A stretch of 64,000 nt of DNA from Deltaproteobacteria bacterium (GTDB lineage: Bacteria > Desulfobacterota > Desulfobacteria > Desulfobacterales > C00003060). Under the pieces are notes generated by a model. It did no database searches. It saw only the letters and a program-made list of their open reading frames with translations, and was not told the DNA's origin. The stretch covers positions 978 to 64,977 of the forward strand of contig JAFDKF010000003.1 in NCBI GenBank assembly GCA_019307135.1, in the 5' to 3' direction. The translations under genes were made by a program, and so were the position numbers. Each line of letters starts with the position of its first letter. Position 1 is the stretch's first letter. Positions 26,529-34,923 of the stretch are shown here, piece after piece.

Positions 26529-26793
26529 CCTCCCTTGCCATTCCGTTGGCATGAGGCTGCTCGCTTGTTAGGGCTTTATTAAGCTTGAGCTTGGAAACGC
26601 TCTTTTGTTTTACAGTTTCTAAGTAATCCTTTTAGAGCCGGTTCATGATGGCAAGAAAGTTGAAGATAGAAGAATTGAGCGTTGTAGCGGACCCATGGAG
26701 CCTCAAACTGAAACCTGCAAAACTGACGGGCATCCCCTTTCTCTTGCTAGGATTAATAGACAGTAATTCAGATAGGCTGAAGACAGCATAATC

Positions 26794-27705
26794 ATGGAAA
26801 TTTCAGAAGCTACGCGTCGAGACATCATTGATAATTTGATCACCACGAATGTGCGGTGGTCTGGACGGCTCGAGGAACCGGAATTCCTCAATAGATTATT
26901 CGACTTCAAGCGGTTACCGTCAACTGACCACCGGTTTTCCCAATTTCCAACTGCTTATGAGGACATTTGGCAGCATCGAGTCAATAACTACGATTGGAAT
27001 GACGATTGGCTTTTCTACGATCCAAGGTTTAACCTGCTTCATTGCGAAGACGAAATATTTCTCAGGTTTCTTTGCGAAATGTTGCACCCAGTTGTGCGAA
27101 GCGATCCAGAGGAAGTCAAACTCTTACGGCAGACATTCAACAGTTTTCTCCGCCGGGATGGTTATGAGATTGTTGAGCGTACACGTATGTCTGGTAGGCC
27201 GATTTTAGCGGCTAGGCTTGTCCAGTTGAGTGGCAAGGAAATATTACAGCCACTGAAGGATGCTTTTGAAGAAACCGATTCTGAGTATGTAATGCGTCAG
27301 ATTACGCGCATGGAAAGTGCAATAAACGACGATCCTGACCTAGCAATCGGTACGGCCAAGGAATTGGTTGAGACATGTTGCAAAAGCATTCTAAAAGAAC
27401 GAGGCATTAAACTTTCAGGTAACCTTGATCTTCCTAAATTGGTCAAGGTTACAGCCAAAGAGCTTGAGCTGACACCAGATGATGTTCCTGATAAGGCGAA
27501 GGCACCTAATACCATCCGTCGCCTCTTGAGCAACTTAGCCACAATTACACAAGGAGTGGCGGAACTGAGAAATATTTACGGAACTGGCCACGGGAAAGAA
27601 GCCGACACCAAGGGCTTAGGGGCGACGCATGCAAAATTGGCTGCTGGCGCTGCTTCTACATTGGCCGTTTTTCTTCTTGAAACGCATCAGAAGAAACCTA
27701 TGTAA
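26794..27705 (+). CDS. AbiJ-like abortive-infection protein (AbiJ N-terminal domain plus Abi_C/HEPN-like C-terminus)
   Basis: 303 aa. The C-terminus AIGTAKELVETCCKSIL...IRRLLSNLATITQGVAELRNIYGTGHG carries an R-x6-H HEPN-like motif typical of Abi_C. Confidence 0.6.
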   Translation: MEISEATRRDIIDNLITTNVRWSGRLEEPEFLNRLFDFKRLPSTDHRFSQFPTAYEDIWQHRVNNYDWNDDWLFYDPRFNLLHCEDEIFLRFLCEMLHPVVRSDPEEVKLLRQTFNSFLRRDGYEIVERTRMSGRPILAARLVQLSGKEILQPLKDAFEETDSEYVMRQITRMESAINDDPDLAIGTAKELVETCCKSILKERGIKLSGNLDLPKLVKVTAKELELTPDDVPDKAKAPNTIRRLLSNLATITQGVAELRNIYGTGHGKEADTKGLGATHAKLAAGAASTLAVFLLETHQKKPM

Positions 27706-27728
27706 CTCTTGTAAGTAGATAAACACAG

Positions 27729-27878
27729 ATGGCTATCATCAAATCGTTTCCGGAAAGTCACATTAAGGAGATTGGTATGGCACTTGCTGATGCAGCCACC
27801 CACAATGAGCTTCCAGATCTCTTTCGGCAATGCGGTATCGTTGAATGCGGTGGAAATCCCAAAAATGGGAGAGAATAA
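27729..27878 (+). pseudogene. Short fragment resembling an Abi/AbiJ-type N-terminal segment
   Basis: 49-codon ORF MAIIKSFPESHIKEIGMALADAATHNELPDLFRQCGIVECGGNPKNGRE. The resemblance is weak and judged by eye only. Confidence 0.2.
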
Positions 27879-27996
27879 GAGGAATGGGGACGCTGGTAAT
27901 AAAGTAACAAAAGGTGAGGGATGTGCTTTCCGAAGCCCTTGATAAACCAACCACTTAAAGCTATGAAGACACAAAAACCGAAACAGGAGCCCCACC

Positions 27997-28209
27997 ATGA
28001 CCCTCACGAAAGCCGACATTGTTGATGCCGTCCATAGTAACCTTGGCCACATCAAGCAAACCCTGGCAAACGGCGAGGATGTCCTGATCACTGGATTTGG
28101 GAAATTCTGTGTCAAAAACAAGTAGGAACGGAAAGGAAGAAATCCTCAGACCGGCAAGGACATGATGCTGGGATCGAGGAGGGTAGTCACTTTCAAAAGA
28201 TCTGTTTGA
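27997..28209 (+). pseudogene. IHF/HU-family pseudogene (internal deletion plus in-frame TAG)
   Basis: An AGGAG RBS precedes MTLTKADIVDAVHSNLG-HIKQTLANGEDVLITGFGKFCVKNK-TAG(28123-28125)-ERKGRNPQTGKDMMLGSRRVVTFK. The helix-2 region is missing and a stop interrupts the beta-arm. Confidence 0.7.
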
Positions 28210-28294
28210 GGCTATTCAGGATGAGCAACAGGGGCATGTCTATAAACGATTTACGCATTACCAGAGCCTGAAATCCTGTATTCGCGCAGTCCTT

Positions 28295-29401
28295 TTGGCG
28301 GAGTTGGAGAACCGGGGCTTCAGTCCTAACGCGCAAGAGCGGGAGATTGCCGAGCAGACTATTGCACAGGCCTCAGATTTTGACGTCCGCCTGGTGGAAC
28401 GCGCGGACGAAAGCGATTTGGATGAAAACCTGTGTGTCAGTTATGTCGCTGCAACCACCGGAGTGGTTCAAGCGGAGATTGACGCAGATCAGACTCGAAA
28501 GATACTTACCAATCGCGGCCTGCTCTGGCGCGATGATGAACCCGGTGTTTTTCGACCGACCGCTGCTGGATTGCTGCTGTTTGGCAAACAACCGGATGCG
28601 GTTTTTCCGCAGGTTCGTATTGCCGCTAATGCATATGGAGGAACGGAGCGGGGAGAGGCGATCGACCGCGACGACATCCGCGAAGCTTTGCCCCGAGCAG
28701 TGGAGCGGGCCTTTCAATTCCTTAAGCGCAACATGCGCCACACCACTCGGATCGAGGGTTTTTCAAAGGTTGAAATCGACGAATACCCGTACGAGGCGCT
28801 TCGTGAAGCGGTCGTCAACGCGGTTGCTCACCGTGACTACGATCTCGCCGGTTCATGTATCCGGATAGAGAAATTCGCAAATCGTATAGAAATACTCAGT
28901 CCGGGTTTGCCGCCCGAACCGATCACACTCGAAAGGATTGAACAACTCAATTACGTCGCGTGCTCACGTAACCCCAATCTTGCCCGCGGGCTTTCCTATT
29001 TTGAGCGAATCGAGGAGCAGGGTGATGGAATAAGACGCATTGTCCGTGTCACTGCCGAAGTCGGTCTTCCTCGTCCCCGATTTCTCTTTAGGGATGGACA
29101 TTTCACGGTTGTTTTTCTGGGACCTGGTGACCATATCCTTGAGCTCAAAAGCCAGCACGCTCATCCGGTGTTTGAGGTTGCTGACGATGTGTTAAAGAAC
29201 CTGAGTGAAACCCAGCGCTCGATTATTCAGCTGCTTTTGGCGGAAAGGAAGGCGCGAGTTCCAGACCTGGCGGCTCGGCTCGGGCTGTCTCAACAAGCGA
29301 TTCGCAAGGCCTTCAAGGCATTGAAAGCAAGAAAGCTTGTGTTGCAGGTCGGAAAAGCCCGGGAGACTGCTTATCTCTTGAATGAAAAGCAATTTGAATG
29401 A
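28295..29401 (+). CDS. HATPase_c_4 (RecG-C-like) / wHTH putative transcriptional regulator, probably N-terminally truncated
   Basis: YEALREAVVNAVAHRDYDL...IEILSPGLPPEPITLE...SRNPNLARGL...EEQGDGIRRI, plus a C-terminal MarR-like HTH. The reading frame is open upstream to 28187 without an ATG, and the usual AlbA_2 N-domain is not seen. Confidence 0.5.
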   Translation: MAELENRGFSPNAQEREIAEQTIAQASDFDVRLVERADESDLDENLCVSYVAATTGVVQAEIDADQTRKILTNRGLLWRDDEPGVFRPTAAGLLLFGKQPDAVFPQVRIAANAYGGTERGEAIDRDDIREALPRAVERAFQFLKRNMRHTTRIEGFSKVEIDEYPYEALREAVVNAVAHRDYDLAGSCIRIEKFANRIEILSPGLPPEPITLERIEQLNYVACSRNPNLARGLSYFERIEEQGDGIRRIVRVTAEVGLPRPRFLFRDGHFTVVFLGPGDHILELKSQHAHPVFEVADDVLKNLSETQRSIIQLLLAERKARVPDLAARLGLSQQAIRKAFKALKARKLVLQVGKARETAYLLNEKQFE

Positions 29402-29642
29402 AGTATCCGCAACCATCCGCAACCGCTTTATGGCTGATCCGCAACCTGGAATGCGATACCGGTTTGATTGGGATGATCCGCAACCACCCACAACCTGATT
29501 TCAATCTATCCGCTACTTGGGAGAGATTGGAAAGGGGGAAATTGGGGACATCAACATTTAAACTTTGGGTTGCTATTGGGGAACTATTAGGGGACCTTGC
29601 TTTATGTTGCTGATGATTGATAACTTTAAATGTTGAGAACGT

Positions 29643-29727
29643 CCCTTATGTTGCCCTTATGTTGCCTTATGTTGCCCTTATGTTGCCTTATGTTGCCTTA
29701 TGTTGCCTTATGTTGCCTTTGTGTTGC
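29643..29727. repeat. Tandem 10-11-bp repeat (CTTATGTTGC[C]) x8
   Basis: Read directly. It is preceded at 29402-29490 by four dispersed copies of ATCCGCAACC. Confidence 0.9.
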
Positions 29728-30054
29728 AGACTCTTTGGTTCCGCTTTCTTGTTGATGCAAAATTGTTTGAAAGACGCTTGAGAAAGAAAAGGGGACAGGC
29801 TATTTTTTGATCCGCAGATTACCCCGGTAGGATTTTCTGAACCTACGGGGCAGGCGCAGATTACACGGATTGAAAAAAAATAGTAGAACTCTTGATGTAA
29901 CTACTCAGGTTGTCAGATTCACGGTTGGTATGCCTCAATATCTTCAAACCGTTCAATCTTTATCGCTCTCTGACTTTGAACCCTGTCTGCGTGCAACGCA
30001 CAGGCAGGTGTGAACCTTGGAACTTTGAAGCTGAGGGTGGCCGGAGACAAAACC

Positions 30055-30652
30055 TTATAGATCAGCTTGGTTGAGCTTTTCGACTACATAATGAGGAAAT
30101 ATCTTCTGGAGATTCTTGTCAAAACTGAAGAACTTCTTTGCCTGGCATTTCCTGGCCTGGGCAACGATTAAGAGGTCTGCGAAGTCTCCTCCTTTCTTGT
30201 AATGATTAGCAACATCGCGGATAACAGCGGAATCTGGAAAGGTAAGTGTTGATGTAGAAATCATGATCTCCAAAAATTGAGAGATATCCTCTCTTGTGCA
30301 TCGATAGACTGATTCAAGAACCCACACTGTTTCTACGAGAACCTCTGATAAGATAATTATTTGTACAGAATTCTTTTCGGCTAACGCAACAACTTGTTGA
30401 ACTATCTTAGGGCTCGCGCAAAAATAACTTACCATTTTGGCATATCAGCTTCAGGCGATCTTTGGGCGATACTCATTCGCAAAACCCTCGAAATAGCCTG
30501 CTATTCCTGCGGTTTTGCTCAATCGGATCGACCAAATCTCACCCAAATCTGAGCGCGAAATCTGCCAAGTTATTTTTGCGCGAGCCCTTAGCTTGGTTCT
30601 CATCGTCTTCAATCAGCATTCGGACCAGGGCATTGGTATCAAGAGCGATCAT
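30055..30652 (-). pseudogene. PIN-domain (VapC-like) toxin gene split by a MITE
   Basis: The N-terminal 22 codons MIALDTNALVRMLIEDDENQAK (30652-30587) continue in frame as IVQQVVALAEKNSVQIIILSEVLVETVWVL...GGDFADLLIV... (30405-30055) once 30411-30591 is removed. Confidence 0.8.
30411..30586. mobile_element. 176-bp MITE with perfect 20-bp terminal inverted repeats and a 5-bp target-site duplication
   Basis: TIRs are ggctcgcgcaaaaataactt (30411-30430) and aagttatttttgcgcgagcc (30567-30586). CTTAG is duplicated at 30406-30410 and 30587-30591. It has no coding capacity. Confidence 0.85.
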
Positions 30653-30903
30653 TGCCGGCTCCTTTTTGTACGCCTTTTCCGTATTGCAGAGTCCATTTTT
30701 TCCAAGGAAACAGGTCTTGCCGGACTCCGGTGCTTCAGCATACCGAAAAGCAGGGCTGCCGGGTTTTGTTTGCCGGTAATCATAACTTTGCCTCCCTCAA
30801 GAGGGATAAAAACAATCTTGTCAGAGGTTTCCACCTTAAGCAACTCTCTGATTTTTTTGGGAATTGTAATTTGGACTTTTGAGGATATTGTACCGGTTAT
30901 CAT
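30649..30903 (-). CDS. AbrB/SpoVT (MazE/VapB-like) antitoxin
   Basis: 84 aa. MITGTISSKVQITIPKKIRELLKV...DKIVF is the swapped-hairpin AbrB pattern. It has an ATGA overlap with the PIN start at 30652. Confidence 0.7.
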   Translation of the reverse strand: MITGTISSKVQITIPKKIRELLKVETSDKIVFIPLEGGKVMITGKQNPAALLFGMLKHRSPARPVSLEKMDSAIRKRRTKRSRQ

Positions 30904-30989
30904 TTTTTCACCTCATAGTCTTGTGTGCTGATAAAAATCCTTACTTTATGGTAAGGATAACATTCTATGGTGTCATGTTTTGACAGATC

Positions 30990-31062
30990 TTACCCATTTC
31001 AGCTCAAGGCCCCGGTTAAATAAAGTCATGATCGATTTAACGGGGCAGGCTGTTTTGGGTAA
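30990..31062 (+). repeat. 33-bp element TTACCCATTTCAGCTCAAGGC..GTTTTGGGTAA carrying a nested REP-like CCCCGGTTAAA hairpin insertion
   Basis: Compare with the uninterrupted copy at 31738-31770. About 41 nt (31011-31051) are inserted between AAGGC and GTTTTGGGTAA. Confidence 0.75.
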
Positions 31063-31101
31063 ATTGCCTCCTCGTTGAAAGATTTCATCGTTTTTCAAGG
31101 G

Positions 31102-31389
31102 TCATGTGAGTTTATCGAGCAATCGCCTGAATTGTTCGTAAACATCTCTTCTGTGGCCGATATAATAGACCTCGATGACATTTTCCTCTTCATTGATTTT
31201 ATGTAAAATTCGATATCTTTTTATTTTATATGACTTAAAACCGGATAGTTCTTCCTCCAGATCGTCTCCTGAATGGGGATCTTGACGAAGCTCCTTGATC
31301 GCCGCCTTGATTAGTTTCTTGTTTTCCGGATGAATTTTTGATAACAATCTGGCTGCCTCAGGGGTAAACCTGATTCGCAGATTTCTCAT
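31102..31389 (-). CDS. RelE/ParE-family toxin
   Basis: 95 aa, with ...LSGFKSYKIKRYRILHKINEEENVIEVYYIGHRRDVY. It has a 4-nt overlap with the upstream antitoxin. Confidence 0.7.
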   Translation of the reverse strand: MRNLRIRFTPEAARLLSKIHPENKKLIKAAIKELRQDPHSGDDLEEELSGFKSYKIKRYRILHKINEEENVIEVYYIGHRRDVYEQFRRLLDKLT

Positions 31390-31655
31390 TCTTCAAAAAC
31401 CTTATCAAAATCAATCCACATTCCCTTATTAGCCTGACGAATCGATGTCCTGATGGATGCCATGGCCTTCTCATCGGAAAGGATATCCAATGTCTCTAAG
31501 AGGCCCTGGAATTTTTTCATGCTGATTAGCACAGCCTCAGGAACACCGTTCTTCGTGATAGCAATGGCGTCATCGGAAACTTTGATCTTTCTGACCAAAT
31601 CGAGCAACATACTTTTTGCCTTTGTGACGGGAATGTATTGTTGTATTTGTCGCAT
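31386..31655 (-). CDS. Phd/YefM-family antitoxin
   Basis: 89 aa, with IPVTKAKSMLLDLVRKI...AIAITKNGVPEAVLISMKKFQGLLETLDILSD. Confidence 0.7.
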   Translation of the reverse strand: MRQIQQYIPVTKAKSMLLDLVRKIKVSDDAIAITKNGVPEAVLISMKKFQGLLETLDILSDEKAMASIRTSIRQANKGMWIDFDKVFEE

Positions 31656-31737
31656 GGCAACCCTCCTCTACTATAATGTCCATTATAATGACCATTTCTG
31701 TTTTGTCAACAAAAAAATAGCAAGAAATTCGCACCCA

Positions 31738-31770
31738 TTACCCATTTCAGCTCAAGGCAGTTTTGGGTAA
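31738..31770 (+). repeat. Uninterrupted copy of the 33-bp TTACCCA...TGGGTAA element
   Basis: ttacccatttcagctcaaggcagttttgggtaa is a direct repeat of 30990-31062. The two copies bracket the relE/phd cassette. Confidence 0.8.
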
Positions 31771-31985
31771 AAAAAGCAAAGCAAAAGGGATGATCCTGCC
31801 GGTATTTTTTCCAAGGCGTTTATCGAAAAATGGCGAGTTGGAACGTTTATTGCAATCACCTTTTGCCGTCAAGTTTGTGAAACAACAGGATTATGAAGAT
31901 CTCGCAATCATCGGGAGCATGCAAAGGGCCAGGGACGTCATCTAAGCACTATTGGCAGGGAATTGGAAAATAAGAAGGCAATTCC

Positions 31986-32474
31986 ATGGCTTTTGATACA
32001 CAAGGTGTAAGAATACTGGTGGTAGATGATGATAAGGAGCTGGCCGATGGGCTGGTAGAATATTTGTCGGATTTGGGCTATTCGGCAGTGGCCGCCTACA
32101 GCGGGCAGGAGGGTCTCAACAGGTTTGAAAACGGTGCCTTCCAACTGGTTATCACCGATCTTAAGATGCCGGAAATGGACGGGATTGAATTTCTGGAGGC
32201 GGTGAAGGCGCGGGACAGGCAGGCCGTGGTCATGGTTATCACAGGTCATGGCACCATTGAATCGGCAGTTAAGGCCACAAAAAAGGGGGCCTACGACTTT
32301 ATCACCAAGCCGGTCAAGATGGAGGAGTTGGAGGTCATCATTAATCGAGCCCTCGAAAGACATAGACTGTACAGGCAGTTGGGTGTTTTCAGGGGGCTGA
32401 CCCTGGCTCTGATCATATCCGTGCCCTTGTGGCTCATACTGGGGATTGTATTTGCCGTGCTCTGGAAGAGATAG
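31986..32474 (+). CDS. Response-regulator receiver protein with a C-terminal TM helix
   Basis: ILVVDDD...LVITDLKMPEMDG...VITGHG..KKGAYDFITKP, then the hydrophobic tail LTLALIISVPLWLILGIVFAVLW. Confidence 0.75.
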   Translation: MAFDTQGVRILVVDDDKELADGLVEYLSDLGYSAVAAYSGQEGLNRFENGAFQLVITDLKMPEMDGIEFLEAVKARDRQAVVMVITGHGTIESAVKATKKGAYDFITKPVKMEELEVIINRALERHRLYRQLGVFRGLTLALIISVPLWLILGIVFAVLWKR

Positions 32475-32646
32475 GCGGGAGTAGGGTGAAGAGTGTGGAT
32501 GAAATATCTTGACTTTTGAGGTGCAATCGTCGATCGTATAAACTTAGCTCCGTTGCGCTCCGCAATTGCTTGAGTAGCCTGCCCGCCATTGCCATGCATG
32601 CCGGCCGGCATGCAGGCAGTATACTGCGACAGGCGTTGGCAGGCGG

Positions 32647-32754
32647 GTCGAGTCGTTGAGTAGTCGAGTCGTTAACCACTTGACGATTACCCCACTCAAC
32701 TGCTCGACTAAAAGCGTAGGAGTTTCAGTAACTTGTAGAAATTCCGTGACGTTT
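32647..32754 (+). repeat. ~110-bp intergenic repeat (family GTTGAGTAGTCGAGTC...TTGTAGAAATTCCG), copy 1
   Basis: By eye it closely resembles 52863-52976 on the same strand. A looser relative lies at 60410-60490. Confidence 0.75.
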
Positions 32755-32857
32755 AAGAGGTTTAGGTCTCGAATTCCTGTAGCCTCCTGCACGCCGGCAG
32801 ACAGGGGTTGTGTCATGCGGCGGACAAAAAGGTTTTTTTACCTGCTGAAGTGGAATT

Positions 32858-33157
32858 ATGTTTGTTGTCGGCTATTTTCTGAGTGCACTTGCCACAGTTC
32901 TGGATTACGCTTTGATCTTCTATATGTGGGTTGTGATAGCGGGGGCCGTGCTTTCCTGGGTGAGCCCTGATCCGTATAACCCCATTGTACGGTTTATCCA
33001 CAATGTGACCGAACCGGTGCTGTACCGCGTGCGGAGATGGCTTCCCTTTGGGATCACCGGTATCGACTTTTCTCCTTTGGTCGTGTTGCTCATCATTATA
33101 TTCTTGAGGACGTTTCTGGTAAACAGCTTGATGAGATTGGCAGCAAGATTGTTATAG
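32858..33157 (+). CDS. yggT: YggT-family membrane protein
   Basis: 99 aa, with ...YMWVVIAGAVLSWVSPDPYNPIVRFIHNVTEPVLYRVRRWLP... typical of YggT. It lies upstream of divIVA. Confidence 0.75.
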   Translation: MFVVGYFLSALATVLDYALIFYMWVVIAGAVLSWVSPDPYNPIVRFIHNVTEPVLYRVRRWLPFGITGIDFSPLVVLLIIIFLRTFLVNSLMRLAARLL

Positions 33158-33326
33158 CCACTCACAAGAGGGTAACCGTTCACCGCAGAGACGCGGAGGA
33201 CGCAGAGAGGAAGATTTTTTCTCTTGCCGGTGAGAGGCCGGCAAGACAAAAGCTTCGACAAAAAAATAAACTCAGCGGTCTTTGCGCCTCTGCGGTGAAT
33301 TATTACGAAAAGAGAGGAAATCGGCC

Positions 33327-33827
33327 ATGAAGATTACCGCATTGGACATTCAGCAACAGCAGTTTCGCATTCGCTTCCGCGGCTTTGATGTGCGGGAGGT
33401 CGATGGTTTCTTAGAACGGGTAGCTGATGAATTCGAAACCCTGATACGAGAAAACACAAATCGGCAAAGGGAGATTCAAAGGCTGACACGCGAGGTCCAG
33501 GAATACAGAGATCGAGAAAAGGCCTTCAAGGACGCCATGATGAATACACAAAAGGCGCTCGATGACATGAGGATCAACGCGGAAAAGGAGGCCGAACTGA
33601 TCGTGGCTGAAGCAGAAGTGAAGGCTGAAAAGATATTGAGTCCGGCCCATAATCGGCTTACGCAACTCCACGAGGATATCTCAGAACTTAAAAGGCAGCG
33701 TATGCAGCTCGAGGTTGAGCTCGGAAGTGTCATAGAGGCCCACAGAAAACTTCTGGATATGAGCACAGAAGCCATGGAGGCCGAAGAGAGATCCGAAGAA
33801 AAACTGAAATATCTCAAGGGGACATAA
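33327..33827 (+). CDS. divIVA: DivIVA-domain protein
   Basis: MKITALDIQQQQFRIRFRGFDVREVDGFLERVADEFE followed by a coiled coil. The ATG at 33327 is preferred over the track start at 33282. Confidence 0.8.
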   Translation: MKITALDIQQQQFRIRFRGFDVREVDGFLERVADEFETLIRENTNRQREIQRLTREVQEYRDREKAFKDAMMNTQKALDDMRINAEKEAELIVAEAEVKAEKILSPAHNRLTQLHEDISELKRQRMQLEVELGSVIEAHRKLLDMSTEAMEAEERSEEKLKYLKGT

Positions 33828-33840
33828 TAGGGAACATTTC

Positions 33841-34923
33841 ATGGCCAAGATTGACGCATTTTTCAAATTGATGAATGAACAAGGGGCTTCAGACCTCCAC
33901 CTCGTTGCAGGTCAGCCACCTATACTCCGGATTACCGGTGAGATAGAGAGAGTGAAGTACAAGGTTCTCGACAATGATGATCTCAGGACCATGCTTTATG
34001 AGATCACGCCGGAACATAAGGTCAAGGTGTTTGAAGAGACCGGGGATGTGGATTTTGGTTATGAGATCCCCGGTCTTGCGCGCTATCGGGCAAACTATTT
34101 TATGCAGAGAAACGGTATCGGGGCGGTCTTTCGAGAAATTCCAAGCGATATCCTTACGGTTGAGCAGTTGGGTATGCCGGCCGTAATAGCCAAGCTGGCC
34201 ACACTCCCCCGGGGCCTGGTACTGGTCACCGGCCCTACAGGGAGTGGCAAATCGACAACGCTGGCGGCCATTGTCGACCAGGCAAACAAGGAACGAAAAG
34301 ATCACATTATTACTGTTGAAGATCCCATTGAATTTGTCCACAAAAGCCAGGGCTGTGTGGTGAATCACAGAGAGGTGGGCACTCATACGAAATCCTTTTC
34401 AGCCTCCCTGCGCGGTGCTCTTCGTGAAGACCCGGACATTATCCTGGTAGGTGAGATGCGAGACCTTGAAACGATCTCCCTGGCTGTTGAGGCAGCCTCT
34501 ACCGGACACCTTGTTTTCAGTACTCTGCATACCACCAGCGCTCACAAGACCGTAGACCGCGTGATTGAAGTCTTTCCGGCCGATCAGCAGCCACAGATAC
34601 GATCCACGCTGGCAGACGGACTCAGGGCTGTGGTAGCCCAGGTCCTTTTTAAGCGGATTGACAAAAAGGGACGTTGCGTGGCCTTGGAGATCCTCATTGC
34701 CACACCTGCGGTACGTAACCTGATCCGCGAAGCCAAGACCTATCAGATCCCCTCTATGGTACAAATGGGCAAAAAATACGGGATGCAGCTTTTGGACGAT
34801 AGTATTATGGATTTGCTTAACAAGGGTTGGATCGGTGCAGATGAGGCCTACGCGAAGTCCAATGACAAAAGCAAATTCCGACCCTTCTTGAAGGCACCCC
34901 CTACAGATTTTACCGAAGCGTAA
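33841..34923 (+). CDS. pilT: Type IV pilus twitching-motility ATPase PilT
   Basis: 360 aa with ASDLHL, VTGPTGSGKSTTLAA, ITVEDPIEF, ILVGEMRD and STLHT. Confidence 0.85.
   Translation: MAKIDAFFKLMNEQGASDLHLVAGQPPILRITGEIERVKYKVLDNDDLRTMLYEITPEHKVKVFEETGDVDFGYEIPGLARYRANYFMQRNGIGAVFREIPSDILTVEQLGMPAVIAKLATLPRGLVLVTGPTGSGKSTTLAAIVDQANKERKDHIITVEDPIEFVHKSQGCVVNHREVGTHTKSFSASLRGALREDPDIILVGEMRDLETISLAVEAASTGHLVFSTLHTTSAHKTVDRVIEVFPADQQPQIRSTLADGLRAVVAQVLFKRIDKKGRCVALEILIATPAVRNLIREAKTYQIPSMVQMGKKYGMQLLDDSIMDLLNKGWIGADEAYAKSNDKSKFRPFLKAPPTDFTEA

Noticed and set aside
29402-29490. ATCCGCAACC / ATCCGCA repeats (also at 37085-37110) as DnaA boxes or a replication origin
   Set aside because: They have two mismatches to TTATCCACA. 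There is no dnaA or dnaN nearby, no AT-rich unwinding element and no supporting context.
29643-29727. Possible CRISPR array (regular short repeats). The 54-bp repeats at 23846-23998 raised the same question.
   Set aside because: The units are directly tandem with no unique spacers. The 10-11-bp units are far too short, and there are no cas genes in the window.
31763-31945. 60-aa ORF between the relE/phd cassette and the response regulator
   Set aside because: It has a TTG start inside the 33-bp repeat, no RBS and no recognisable features.
32656-32970. ORFs starting MSSRVVNHLTI... here and at 52880-53125, which look like conserved paralogous peptides
   Set aside because: The similarity is explained by the shared 110-bp DNA repeat. 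Both use TTG starts without an RBS and diverge as soon as the repeat ends.
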